A DNA stretch of 63,740 bases, filler included, from Saprolegnia diclina VS20 (taxonomy: Eukaryota), in NCBI RefSeq assembly GCF_000281045.1. It is 8 parts of 3 records of this genome, joined end to end, with 100 filler letters (N's around TTAATTAATTAA, not from the genome) between each part and the next. Parts side by side here need not be neighbours in the genome. Positions count along the whole stretch, not along the records: positions 43,907 to 50,392 come from NW_008246078.1; positions 50,493 to 60,591 come from NW_008246078.1; 6 more parts are not named here. One strand, 5' to 3'. The notes beneath the pieces were generated by a model. The model was not told where the DNA came from, made no database searches, and saw only the letters and a program-made list of their open reading frames with translations. Of this stretch, positions 45,619 through 56,742 are shown piece by piece. How positions within the stretch are numbered: position 1 is the first letter of the stretch; each line of letters starts with the position of its first letter. The position numbers and the translations under genes are program-made.

Positions 45619-48252
45619 GCTGGCAAAAGCGGAAATGGTTGAACAGAAAGGTCGCTCGATGGATCTTCCCACTTTGCACTGTACTGCAACCGTGAATGAG
45701 CAATCAACAATTCACACCGTTTTGGCCAATCATTTGCCGGCTTTATCCGGAAGAGACCGGATAAACGTGGCATGACCCATGCAATTCGCTTAACCAAGTA
45801 CTTTGGAATGCGCAATGCGCACTTTACCGGATCAGTACTAGGATTTGTATGCGCAGGTCCTACGTTGAAGCTAAGGGCGCAAAACTCTTGTGGTCGTTCC
45901 GCGGATGGCTGCGGCGTGGACGTGGTGGACGATGCGGTTGCTCGACTATGGAAAAACGATAGCTATATATATATGGGTATAGAACTAGGAGTTATGGCAA
46001 GGGCGACTGTTGTTTGTGCGTTGTGGCGTCGATACGACGTTTGGGATCGTCGCAAATTTCGAACACGTGGATGGTCCAAGATGCGCACGACCCACGAGGA
46101 CCATGGGAATGCATCTTGGCATTTATTCGACTTTGGAAAGATATCAAGAGCGTCCGTAGTATTATTGTTGTGGTTTATTTTAGAGAGATGTGCTAGCTGG
46201 AACCTGTTGCTTGGGGTTGGAGTCAAGGCGCGAAGGACGTCTGTGGTCCAAGCAGATGTCACGCCATGTGGTCGCATTTTATGGCGCAAACGCCGAGCGA
46301 TCCAGTGAGCGTCGCGTGGTACGAGTCGGCTCGTCGTTGGTGAATGCGCAATAGCGTTCGTCGCAGGGTCGTGTTCGCTCGAAAATGCTCAAAAATAGAG
46401 TATTTCGCTGGTGTCTCCAACACACCCACGGCCATGAATATGTATAGGATTGTTGTACGCGCCGCCGTTGATAGATAGTTGGCAAACGGCGTTTATTCGC
46501 GCAGCACCTCCATTCTGCTTTGCTTAGCCAATGGGCTTGAGCCCTTGACACTTGATGCTTCCGCAAGAACACTCCGCTATATGAATTCTCTACATGTACC
46601 GTCCATGCCGTTGACGAGCCAAGAGCCGTTGATGATTGTCGTTGCTGGTTACCTTAGCTACACGAGTCATTGTGATATCCCTTGACAAAACATAGGGGTG
46701 CCGAGCGAAAACAACCTAAAGCAGCAGCGCAGCCCAAGGCTTGCTGAAGGATCTCAACAGGCCACTGCGCTTCGACGATGACCGGCACTATGGGCGTGGG
46801 ATGTCAGTGGCGTGAACACGGTCATGCCTCTATCCAGACCGAGCTACGTGAGGAAACAACCATTATGGCGTCCGCCATGCCAGTAGTCTGTTAGGCGGGT
46901 GAGCTTTTGACTGACAAATTTGGAAATGGATTGAGCTTGCTTGCCCTGCGTTTGGACCTTGGGTCTTGTAGCGTGTGCGCGTCTAGATCTTGGCCTTCTA
47001 GATCCCTCGGTCTTGCGCGGGAGACTTCTTCCACTTCTTGGCAACAGCCGATGTGTAAGCGATTGTGAGTCCTCTTTCATTCTCCCGTGACGTAGACGAC
47101 TGAGTAGTACGAGCCAAATCGGTGCCCACGGGCGACGAACTTAGATCCTATTGCGAGAAGCGACGGGGTAGCTACGAGATCTTATCCAGGTTCTTATCTG
47201 TCCATTTCGGAGCTTGTACACGAAGACATTCTACATGTCCTGTCAATGTGGTCGCTGGTGTTGCGTCTCGTGGCCTCTGACACCGTATTGCTGCCAAGTA
47301 TTTGAGGCATACGAGTGTTGTTGGTGCCGTTGCGCGTTCTATGGCCCTTACTAGTACTCTTGCTCTCATGGAGCTTTGAAATATCAGAAAATACGTTCTT
47401 ACAGTCCTGTCTCGCCCACGGCGCTAGAGGTAATTATCAGCTCGAAGTGCTTGCAGTGAGCTCGCCCCTGGCCGCTTGACATGTGTGCTAGTGCCACACA
47501 GCTGCATGATCACGCGGGTGCGCCATTGATGGGGGTTGGAGCTCAAAAGTCTCTGAAATGGATGCTTTACGAGGCGACCGAATGCACCCATTGCGTGGTT
47601 TAGTCAAGACGAACCGCGCGCATGCGTCCATTAGACTCGTTCTCTCTCGATTTTCGCTCTACGAAAGAATAAGGGATTCCCATCTCAAGCTTATTGCATA
47701 AGCTCAATAGTCGGTTAGGTCCCATAGCGAGCATGCCTGCCCCTGGGTCCGTCCCTATTATCAAGGGTCAATTTGACCCTGGCTATTATCGACCTCCCCA
47801 GCCAAAGATTGGCGTACCGGCACAGTATGAGGGTGGAAGGCTACGCTGGATCAACGTGGAGCGTACCCATCAACGGGCATGTGTCTTCTGTGCGTGATTT
47901 GCTACATCATCAGTTGGCTGTCACCTCGGAACGCGCTCTCCGCCTGCCACGTCATGGATGGCCCGTCGAAGATTCCAGAAGCATGATTGACCAGCACTCT
48001 TCCAATCAGAATGCAGGTTGTCACTTTGCAGCCACATAGCTGGAACTCGCCGGGTACGTCAACACTTGTTCCGATCCGAGAATTAGGGCAGTCCCGCGCC
48101 TGGTCGAATCCAACAAAATCCATGCTATCGTCCACCATGATTAGTAGTTTATATGCAGTATTTTCTGGGTCCAGTCTCTGCCCGGTTTCAGCACCCTGTT
48201 CAAACTAAAATAGGATCCACATTTTCAGTTGTACCTTGTCTCGTCCAGTGCC

Positions 48253-49815
48253 ATGCAGCCCCGCACCATCTCCGATCTCCATGCGTTCTTGTCGTCCTCG
48301 AACCCCGACCGGCCTCGCTTATGCCCTGAGCCGATTTCGCTCGGCAACAGACTCGTGCTTCGGCGCGCAACGCCCGCCGACAAGGACGCCCTTGTCGCTT
48401 TCAATGGCACGGCCCACGGCCACATGACCAAATTTGGCGGCTGGACCAAAGACCGGTTCGAAGCCCAGGACGGGTCGGGCGTCTTGCCTCCGAAAGCCGG
48501 TCCCGAGTCCTTTACTGTCATTGTCGACACGTCCAAGAACGACCTCATCGTCTCGTCTTGCCAATCGATTCCGCAAGTGTGGTGCTACGGTATCCCCAAC
48601 AAGCGTGACGCACCATCGTCGCTGCACGTGCCGCTCACTGTCGTCCGCCCGGAAGCCATCGGAACGCTCGAAGCGTACCGTGGGCGCGGCCTCATTGCCG
48701 AGCATTTCAAAGTGCACCACGCGTGGGCTGCCGCGCTGCGCTCGGAGCTGCAGTTCATCGGCGGCATTCCCAGCTACTACACTCGTTTTGGCTACGAGCT
48801 CTGCCCCCGGCGTGGGGTGTCCTACACGGGGCATCTCGCAAATATTCCGCCACTGCACGCTACGGCCGAGCCCGTGCGCTTCCGCAAGGCTACAACCGAC
48901 GACGTTCCGTTTCTCGATCGCGTCGCGCGGGCCGCGTCCTTGGCGCGCGAAGGTATCCACTCGGACGCCGACGCTGCGCAGTGGCGCTTTCTAGTCTCGG
49001 AACTCTGGGCCGGCAGCTACGGCACGCGGCCGTTCTACATCATCGAGACCAACGACGACGCGTCGCATCCCATCGGATTTGTGCGCCTCAATCTGCACAA
49101 AACCGTGACACGGTTCGAGCTCGACGAGGCGTCCAACGTTCCAAGCAAGCTCTCGTGGGCGGACGTGACGCCGGCGCTGCTTCGGTGGCTCCCGCGCAAC
49201 TACCTCGACAATTGCGTCCCGTTCCAGCACCTCGTCGAGTCGCTGGAAGCGCAGGCGACGGGCGCCGACACCGCCGCGATCGCACCACGGACGCAAGAGC
49301 TTCCGGCCAATTGGAGCTTTACATTGGAGCTCGGCGGGTGCCACCCAGGGCTGCGCGCGGTGCCATCGTCGTACGTCCCGATCCAGACACCGTCGGACCA
49401 CTGGTACACGCGCATTCCATCGTGGACGGCGTTTCTGCGGGCGATTGCCCCGGTCCTCGAGCACCGGTTGGCGTCCGACGCCGCGTTCTATGCCGTGTCT
49501 CGCACGATCGTCTTGCATAAGGCGTTCCGAGTGGTCGGTGGCGGCACGCGGCTGCGCATCGAATGCGGGCGCGTCGCGGCGATCGATGACATTCCCCGGG
49601 GGGTGTCTGAAAACGACTTGGTGAAAGCCGAGCCTGATGCGGACCGCGTCTTGCTACCCGGCACGATCGCGTGCAGCTTGTTTTTGGGCCACCGGACGCT
49701 CTCGGAGCTTTTGCACCAACAGCATCAGGTGCATGTGAGCGCGCCGCACGTGCCAACACTGCTGGATGTGCTCTTTCCGCCCATGGCCAATGACGAGATT
49801 CATGGGCTACAATAG
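48253..49815 (+). CDS. GNAT acetyltransferase, Eis-like bacterial-type architecture
   Basis: LVLRRATPAD; RPEAIGTLEAYRGRGLI (motif A); IGGIPSYYTRFGYE; second GNAT repeat VRFRKATTDDVP; SCP2-like C-terminus ending LLDVLFP. Intronless. Confidence 0.82.
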   Translation: MQPRTISDLHAFLSSSNPDRPRLCPEPISLGNRLVLRRATPADKDALVAFNGTAHGHMTKFGGWTKDRFEAQDGSGVLPPKAGPESFTVIVDTSKNDLIVSSCQSIPQVWCYGIPNKRDAPSSLHVPLTVVRPEAIGTLEAYRGRGLIAEHFKVHHAWAAALRSELQFIGGIPSYYTRFGYELCPRRGVSYTGHLANIPPLHATAEPVRFRKATTDDVPFLDRVARAASLAREGIHSDADAAQWRFLVSELWAGSYGTRPFYIIETNDDASHPIGFVRLNLHKTVTRFELDEASNVPSKLSWADVTPALLRWLPRNYLDNCVPFQHLVESLEAQATGADTAAIAPRTQELPANWSFTLELGGCHPGLRAVPSSYVPIQTPSDHWYTRIPSWTAFLRAIAPVLEHRLASDAAFYAVSRTIVLHKAFRVVGGGTRLRIECGRVAAIDDIPRGVSENDLVKAEPDADRVLLPGTIACSLFLGHRTLSELLHQQHQVHVSAPHVPTLLDVLFPPMANDEIHGLQ

Positions 49816-50125
49816 TGTAGACACACTGCACATTGCATCTCCACCTTTGAATTCCATAATTGTGATACACTAACAAAGTCCAAGCTACTGGATTGACTGA
49901 TGAAGAAGGGTATTGTGCTGTATTAAACCTACATTACACTCCAACACCTGATGATAGTCCTACGTGTTCGAGTGGTTCAACAATCCAACACGGGTCCCTA
50001 CTATTGCTGCTCGCGATTCCTGCGTGTACTCGGATACCAAAGCTTTTGAAAAAGTGATTTATCAGTCAGAAAAGTAATAGTTTACAATAGTCAAAAAATG
50101 TTCTCATCGACTTGCGTTCGCGTCT

Positions 50126-50392
50126 TTAGACCCACGTCATTTCGCCCTTGGCGACCTTGGCGCTGAGCTCGAGGCTGTCGACGCCACCAATGTTGGGGTA
50201 CAAGGCCTTCATGGCCGCAATGAGGTACGTGCTGTTGGCAGCCTTGGGCGTCTCGATGTCAAAGTCGCGAATGTACTTGGCCGTGAACGCGGGCGACTCC
50301 ATGTCGGTGACCGGGCCAGGCAGACCGTGGCCCGGCACGATCACGTCCGCCTTGAGCGCCTGAATCTCGGCCAACGCGTTGAGCCACTCGGT
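50126..50392 (-). CDS. MBL-fold metallo-hydrolase, C-terminal part (5' part lost at contig join)
   Basis: WLNALAEIQALKADVIVPGH...YIRDF...LIAAMKALYP...LELSAKVAKGEMTW. Confidence 0.8.
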   Translation of the reverse strand, partial: TEWLNALAEIQALKADVIVPGHGLPGPVTDMESPAFTAKYIRDFDIETPKAANSTYLIAAMKALYPNIGGVDSLELSAKVAKGEMTWV

Positions 50393-50492
50393 NNNNNNNN
50401 NNNNNNNNNNNNNNNNNNNNNNNNNNNNNNNNNNNNTTAATTAATTAANNNNNNNNNNNNNNNNNNNNNNNNNNNNNNNNNNNNNNNNNNNN

Positions 50493-51357
50493 GCTGCAAG
50501 AGAATGTTGGCGAGCACACCGAGGTCAAGGAGGCGGCTGCGCAGCTTGTCGACAGACGCGTCATTGTCGGGCACGAGCGTTGCCAGTGCCACATCATAGA
50601 CACGGGACCGTAGCAAGGCGGTCAAAAGGTCTTTGGGTAGCCCCGAGAGCGTCTCGAACGAGGTGCCCTGCTGGACAGGGCAGCCTTGCAGTACCTCAAA
50701 GATGCCATGGTCCTTGGCGCCAAGCTTGCGAAGGTGCGTTGCAGCCTCGTCAATGGACGCAGGGTAGTCGCGGGTGTGCGCCGACGAGTCGGTGTACACG
50801 AGGTTATACACGAGGAGGACGCGGTCGCCCTCGGTGATGGCAGCCGCCGTGACGTGCGAGTTGCGGTAGCACGCAGCGTACGAGTGCTGCGGTGCATCTG
50901 CGCGTCGAGGCTGCAGCCACTTGTTATGGTCGTAACCGCGACTGAACTCGACCTCACCGCCACGCACATGACGCGGTAGCGCGACGTATAATGTGCCAAA
51001 CGTGCCCGGTGGCCGGTGCGCAGCCCCAAACGACTGCGCGTCGCCGACAGAGTCGAACGCAATGTGGGCAAGCGCAGCGTGGAACGGACCTTCGGGTGCT
51101 AGCGCTGTCTTGACACGCTTGACAAGCGTCGTATTGACAAACGTATCAAAGGCGGTTGTGTCGAACGCCAGGTCGGCGGCGGCGACGATGGTCGTGGTGC
51201 GTGGCTGGTGGTAGCGCGAGAGGTCCCAGGCAGGCAGCGCGCGGATAGCCGCTTCGTCCTTGGCCGTGAAGACGCGTGTCATGGACGCCGTCTTTGGGAA
51301 CTCGAGGAGGTACATGATGTCCTTGTAATACGCGCCAACGTCCTCATGGGCCATCAT
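50493..51357 (-). CDS. 2OG-Fe(II) oxygenase-like family protein, 5' part
   Basis: GTFGTLYVALP..RGGEV, YAACY, ITEGDRVLLVYNLVY; paralog of 52675-55599. Confidence 0.7.
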
Positions 51358-51820
51358 CGTGCGAGAAAGGCCAGCAAAGCGGAAATGTGTTTGAAACATG
51401 TTGGACGTACAATTGTTTTATACTAACATTTATGTTTTATACATCGACTAATGCAGTGTTTGCCAGCTGCAGGCCCGACGCCGGAGACGGCTCGACGATT
51501 TCGTATACATGGAGAAGTCAAACATAGGACCATCGTCTTCGACTGGCAGTCATCGAGTCGGGGAGACTGCGTTCGCTGGCAGCGCCAAGAGTCGGCATTC
51601 GGTGCTACGATGTGGCCCTGCCAACGTTGTTGAATCAAACAGCTGTATTATACAGCTGACTATTCATGACCATACATACGCCAAGTTCAAATACACGTTG
51701 TGTTTTATTCGACCTGTTCTTTACCAATTTACAACACACTCGAAAGATTTCATTCTCGGTGGCGCGATGACCGAGTGAGACAAGTAGCGCGACCCCAGAC
51801 GCAGCCAGGACGAGCAGGCG

Positions 51821-52400
51821 ATGCGCCTCCTCGAGTTCCCAGAGGCCGCGGGCATGATCGGCGCCTTTGCACCCGAGGGCGAAGCCGCTCGCGCTGTCGG
51901 CCTGAGACCTCTCGCTCCACCTCGACCACGCCAACGACGATCGTCGCCGCCGCCGACTTAGCGTTCGACACAACCGCCTTCGCCGCCTTTGTCAACGCGA
52001 TGATGCTGTCCAGCGTCAAGTCGGCTATGCCACGCATCGCTCGCCCACACTGCGTCCGACTCTCTCGGGTCCACTCTTATGGTAATCCAGCAGCATTCTG
52101 GGGCAGACGCGCTAGCCGGAGAATTACGCGACGGCCTCGACGACGGCCTCGATAGTACTGTGCTCTTCACGTACACATCGAGTGGGCTACACGCTTCCTC
52201 ATGCAGGTCGACGCCGAGTACGTGCTCGTCGATTGGCCCAAGCGACATCGTCTAGAAGCCGCCGAGTTCACCGGTGCAATGTAGCGCCTCGAGCGTGCGT
52301 CCGCGACCAACCTCTTGGGCTGCGACAGTGACGTCTCACGTTGCTTGGAGCCGGATGAAGAAGAGCAAGATGATCCGCAAGCGCCAAGCGCCACGCACAA
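51821..52400 (+). pseudogene. Frameshifted, internally deleted relic of the same 2OG-oxygenase-like family
   Basis: MRLLEFPE, TTIVAAADLAFDTTAFAAFVN and DWPKRHRLEAA segments in different frames match distant parts of the 974-aa paralog. Confidence 0.75.
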
Positions 52401-52674
52401 CGCGCAGTGTCAAGCGAGCCTGCGCGCCACCGACTGCAACATAGGACGCTACGTTCTTTCACCCTCCCAGACCTAAAGGCTATATACTAGTAAACCCTAT
52501 CAGATTCTACGACGCCGAGGACGCTCCGAGTGTACATTGGCTCACGTTCGTTCGTACCGGTACTGCAACCTAGCGCCACCAGTCGTCCGCCAAGGGCTTG
52601 TTGCCTTCCAAACGTGTAGCCGTACCTGTAGTCCAAGCTGCCAAGCCACACTTATTTCCAATCCAAATACTGTA

Positions 52675-55599
52675 TTAGATTGATCGACAATCGTACTCGT
52701 CCATCAGCGCGCCAGATGCGCTGGCCGGAACACACACTCGCTTGGTGCCCTCCTGGCCTTGGACAGAAGGACGCTTGGCGCCGCTTCGACGCTTGGTTCG
52801 AGCGTCCATCACGGCTTGGAGCCGCTCGATGCGCATCGAGGCCGTCTGGAACTTGGCTTCCATGAGCGTAAAAGCGTCGAGTCGACGCGTGAGCGTCATG
52901 GTCGTCATTGGCTTTTTCTTCCGAAACAGTGTCTCGGGCTCGTCGTCGTCGTCAAAGAACGTGTCGACTGCGATACAGCGCGGCCCGTACACCTCTTCCT
53001 GGACGCCGTACTTAGTGCTTATAAAGTCGTTGACCTGCCGCGCCAAAACGCAGTCGCATGGCACGAGCTCGTGGTTGGCGTCGCGGACGCTGCGAAATTG
53101 GTAGCTCCATGTCTTGAACTCGGCCTGCAGCGCTGGAATCGCCGCTGTCGCGACGGCCATCCACGCATCGTGAGGCCAAAACGCATGGCGCGTGAGGCAG
53201 TAGAAGGCGACGTCCCCAAACAGCGCTGGCTCCGGCGAGAGAACGTTGGCCACCCAGGCGTGGACGTACGACAGCGTCTTGGACGAGTCCACGAGCGTCA
53301 CCGCCTCCAAAAGATCCACGATCCAGCGCCAATGGACGTTCTTGGCCCCGTCGGGAGGCGGTACTTCCTTGTGCGGGTGCATATTATAAAACACGTCGAG
53401 GTGCTTGGCCTGAGTGCGGAGCATCTCGTCGCTCTCGGGCGGTGGTACCCGCTGCAAGAGCATGCCTTGGACGTCAGCATCCAGCGACGTGTGGCGCAGG
53501 ACATGGCAGATGGCAGGAACGAGCAGGCTCCCAAAGATCGATTCGCAGCGATCGCGAAGCGCGGGCGCCAAGCGGCCATGGCGAGAGGCGATGACAACCA
53601 TGTCGGCTGCCATCTTGATGGCGGAACGCGTCTCCCACACGTCGACGACGAGTGAGTTGATGCCATCGGCATTGTCGTCCAGCAGCTGCAAGACGGCCGT
53701 CGCGAGGTCGGGCACGCAAAGCGTCGGGTTGGCATCGAGACTCTGTGCCAGTGCCTGCGTGACGACGTTAAGTAGCGAACACTTGTCTGGGTCGTCGAGC
53801 ATGATGGCTGTCATCGACGTCGCCGGGTTGAGCGCTGCGTCAATTGCCGACAAGGCGAACGGCGGCAGACGCGCTTGCAGCCAATGCGCAGTGGGCTGCT
53901 CGCCCAGTGAGGCCACGTAGCCTTCGACGGCCAAACACGCGCCAAGGACGTTGATCAACTCAGCAGCTTCGACCGTATAATAGAGCTCTTGGACGTTGCG
54001 CTGCGCCGTCCGCCAGAGCAATTTGATGAGCTCGGCAAGATATGGCTGTCGCAGTGACGAACACAGAGGGTCGGGGCCGTCGACACCCGCCAGCGCTGCG
54101 ATCAAGCGGACCGCCGGTGCCATGGTCGCTCGCTCGTTCGTCCAGCGGCCGACGAGCTGCTCGAGCCCATGCGAGAGCGCCTCCCAGCCGTGTGTACTGC
54201 AGACGCGGTGGATCCACGTAGCAATCGCGGGCGGTTTGGTGTCAAAGGAGACGACGTCGAGCGACGTGGCCATGTAGGTGGCCATGAGTGTGGGGTCCCC
54301 GATGACGTCCAAGATACGCGCAAGGCGAGCGAAGCACTCAGTGGCCGACGCATTCGCAGCCGTTTGGATACGCTGGTGAACCGCGGCCTCCGAGAGATCG
54401 GGCGTGGCCAGCAGAGGCAAGACACGGCGCACAAGCGCATTGAGACTCTCGTGGCCGACGAGAGGGTCGGTGCGCGAGACGGCGTCTTCGAGGCAGAGTA
54501 GAGCACCGTGGGGGCCCGCGGCTTCGAGCCTTCGCTGCTTGGGCCAGAACACAAGGACGCCGAGTAGATCGTTGTCGTCGGCCTTGTGGTCGACTTGGCG
54601 GGCGGTCGAGACATAGTCATGGAAGAGCGAGCCCGCAAGACCTTCTTGGAGAAAGCGAAGGTCGCCGATCGATGGGTGCAGCTCGATGCTGCCGAGGATA
54701 TGACTCGTCTCGGGCACCGCCATCATGATGTAACCTGCCAAGTTGACGCCGCCGTCAAACGTGAGCTTGGGGCGGACGCTGGCGAGCGCCACGTCAAAGT
54801 CGCCGGAGAGAACCAAGGCGTGGACAAGGTCTCTTTCGTGGCCCGAGAGCGCATTGAATGAGAGCGACGTGCTTGTCCGTATCGGGTAGGCCAGTCGGCT
54901 GTCGTCGGGCTCGTGGTCCTTGGCGGCGAGCGTGGACAGGCGGGTCGCGGCGGCGTCTACCGAGATGGGGTAGTCGCGCGTGTGCGAGCGCGGGTCGACG
55001 TAGATCAAGTTGTACACGAGGAGCACGCGGCAGCCAGTCGTGATGGCCTTGGAGATGACGCGCGTGTGTCGATAACACGCAGCGTACGAGTAGCGGGGCA
55101 GCGACCACGGTGACAACTCGAACCACGTGCTCGTGTCCCTGCCACGCATGAACGAGAGTGCGCCGCCGACAAAGTGGTGCGGCAAAGCTACGTAGAGCGA
55201 GCCAAACGTGCCGATAGGGCGGTGCGCCGGCACCATGGTCGTGGCAGTCCCGATGCGATCGACCGCGACGAGCGCGAGCGACGCGTAAAAGGCGCCAGCG
55301 GGGCGGAGCGCTGTCTCGAGACGCGGCACGAGCGCCGCGTTGACAAAACTGTCAAAGGTCGCAGTGTTGAAGGGCATGCTGCTCGGCGCGAGGATCATCG
55401 TCGGCGCTGTCGCGCCTACGAGCGGCGAGAGGTCCCATGCCGGCAACCGTCGGACGTCGGCTTCCTCTTTGGCCGTGAGGACTCGCACGACCGAGGCGCC
55501 TTTTGGGAACTCGAGCAGCCGCATGGTCTCCTTGTACAGGCTTCGCACGGGTCTGCGGTCCTGGGCAGCGCGCGACGGAGCGACCGGGCTTGGCTGCAT
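52675..55599 (-). CDS. 974-aa protein with a degenerate 2OG-Fe(II) oxygenase-like N-terminal domain and a long helical C-terminal region
   Basis: GTFGSLYVALPHHFVGGAL, YAACY, ITTGCRVLLVYNL, LVFWPK, HGWEAL, PCDC near the C-terminus, NLS-like KRR/KRVC tail; intronless. Confidence 0.8.
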   Translation of the reverse strand: MQPSPVAPSRAAQDRRPVRSLYKETMRLLEFPKGASVVRVLTAKEEADVRRLPAWDLSPLVGATAPTMILAPSSMPFNTATFDSFVNAALVPRLETALRPAGAFYASLALVAVDRIGTATTMVPAHRPIGTFGSLYVALPHHFVGGALSFMRGRDTSTWFELSPWSLPRYSYAACYRHTRVISKAITTGCRVLLVYNLIYVDPRSHTRDYPISVDAAATRLSTLAAKDHEPDDSRLAYPIRTSTSLSFNALSGHERDLVHALVLSGDFDVALASVRPKLTFDGGVNLAGYIMMAVPETSHILGSIELHPSIGDLRFLQEGLAGSLFHDYVSTARQVDHKADDNDLLGVLVFWPKQRRLEAAGPHGALLCLEDAVSRTDPLVGHESLNALVRRVLPLLATPDLSEAAVHQRIQTAANASATECFARLARILDVIGDPTLMATYMATSLDVVSFDTKPPAIATWIHRVCSTHGWEALSHGLEQLVGRWTNERATMAPAVRLIAALAGVDGPDPLCSSLRQPYLAELIKLLWRTAQRNVQELYYTVEAAELINVLGACLAVEGYVASLGEQPTAHWLQARLPPFALSAIDAALNPATSMTAIMLDDPDKCSLLNVVTQALAQSLDANPTLCVPDLATAVLQLLDDNADGINSLVVDVWETRSAIKMAADMVVIASRHGRLAPALRDRCESIFGSLLVPAICHVLRHTSLDADVQGMLLQRVPPPESDEMLRTQAKHLDVFYNMHPHKEVPPPDGAKNVHWRWIVDLLEAVTLVDSSKTLSYVHAWVANVLSPEPALFGDVAFYCLTRHAFWPHDAWMAVATAAIPALQAEFKTWSYQFRSVRDANHELVPCDCVLARQVNDFISTKYGVQEEVYGPRCIAVDTFFDDDDEPETLFRKKKPMTTMTLTRRLDAFTLMEAKFQTASMRIERLQAVMDARTKRRSGAKRPSVQGQEGTKRVCVPASASGALMDEYDCRSI

Positions 55600-56742
55600 G
55601 CTGCCAGTCGGCCGGTCTGGGATCTTTCGAATGGATTCGGCAAAAGTGTTTTAAACCTGTTTTCAATGCGGATGTATACACTTCTGTTCTTCCGGTCTGT
55701 GTCATTCCCAGGAACACAACGTGTGCATTGAACTAGGTTATAAGATACATAGAACCAAAGCTTCGATGATACTAGTACTCGTCAAGAAGAGAGAAGGAAA
55801 CACAAAGCCAACACGCAGCAGAACCAAATAGGAAACACAAACCCGTTTTAAAACATGCAAAACAAGAGAATAAAAAAAACAAGACCCGGAACAGTATGCC
55901 ACCTGTGCCGAACCCAAGACGACGAAACAGTACCACAAAGGTACCGGTAGCACAAAGCTACAGGGAACGCGTGATTGCCAAGCTCGCATGAGGTTGGCGT
56001 AGAGAGACACGTGCATCGAGCTGCTCTGGACATGACCTAGGAGGCAAGCGTTAGGGCGCCAGGCCGCCCGATTTGATTGGCCACCATACACTTCGTGCAT
56101 TTCGATTGGCTATTCCAGATGACGATGAGACTCGTGGCACCTTCTGCCAAGGTCTCGTTCAACGAGATTGGTAGAGCCGAGAGCCGAGGCCGCCAGGATG
56201 GCAACGTGTCTTTGACGGAGCTGTTTGATGAAGCTCTGGATAGCCTCACGCCAGATATCAGCGCCTCTCGACGCCCTCATGGAGTACCTCTGGCCAAATG
56301 TGCTCGCCTGCTGGTGAAACACCCACTTGCACTCGCCCACGCGGCCGTGGCAGGCGGCTCGCACACCTCGCGACGGCAAAGGAATCGGTGCAACAGCGTT
56401 TGGCGCTATTGTGATGCACGCTCCGTCGGTCTTACCTGCACGGAGCAAAAGACGGTCTACGGCCATGTCGAGGTCCCAAGTATATTTGGTTTGGCCACAG
56501 TACATGGCATTGACGACAAGATCTCGACCTGAATGATCGATTGAATGACCGTCCACGACCGCGTAGCGACGCTGCCTGCATGTCATATGTGTACCTCAAT
56601 GAACAACGTGCCACGTCATTGGCAGTTTCGTTTTCGAAAGCACGCACTTCTAACCACGATGCAGAAAACTGTGATGGGCTAGTTAATACACATATTGTGT
56701 TTATACATTCGAAATGCAATGATAGCGCCTGCGTCGCTTCGA

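Noticed and set aside
44023..45642. Long antisense ORFs (also 35508-36719, 37851-39110, 59114-60514, 10738-11643, 8594-9472)
   Set aside because: Shadows of real genes on the opposite strand caused by strong GC3 bias; no recognisable motifs.
45800..48200. Decayed retroelement in the gene-free stretch (CFWNLRRAIHD-like peptide near 47970 on the minus strand)
   Set aside because: Frames are broken and no RT, integrase or LTR signature could be confirmed by eye; needs tBLASTx against repeat libraries.
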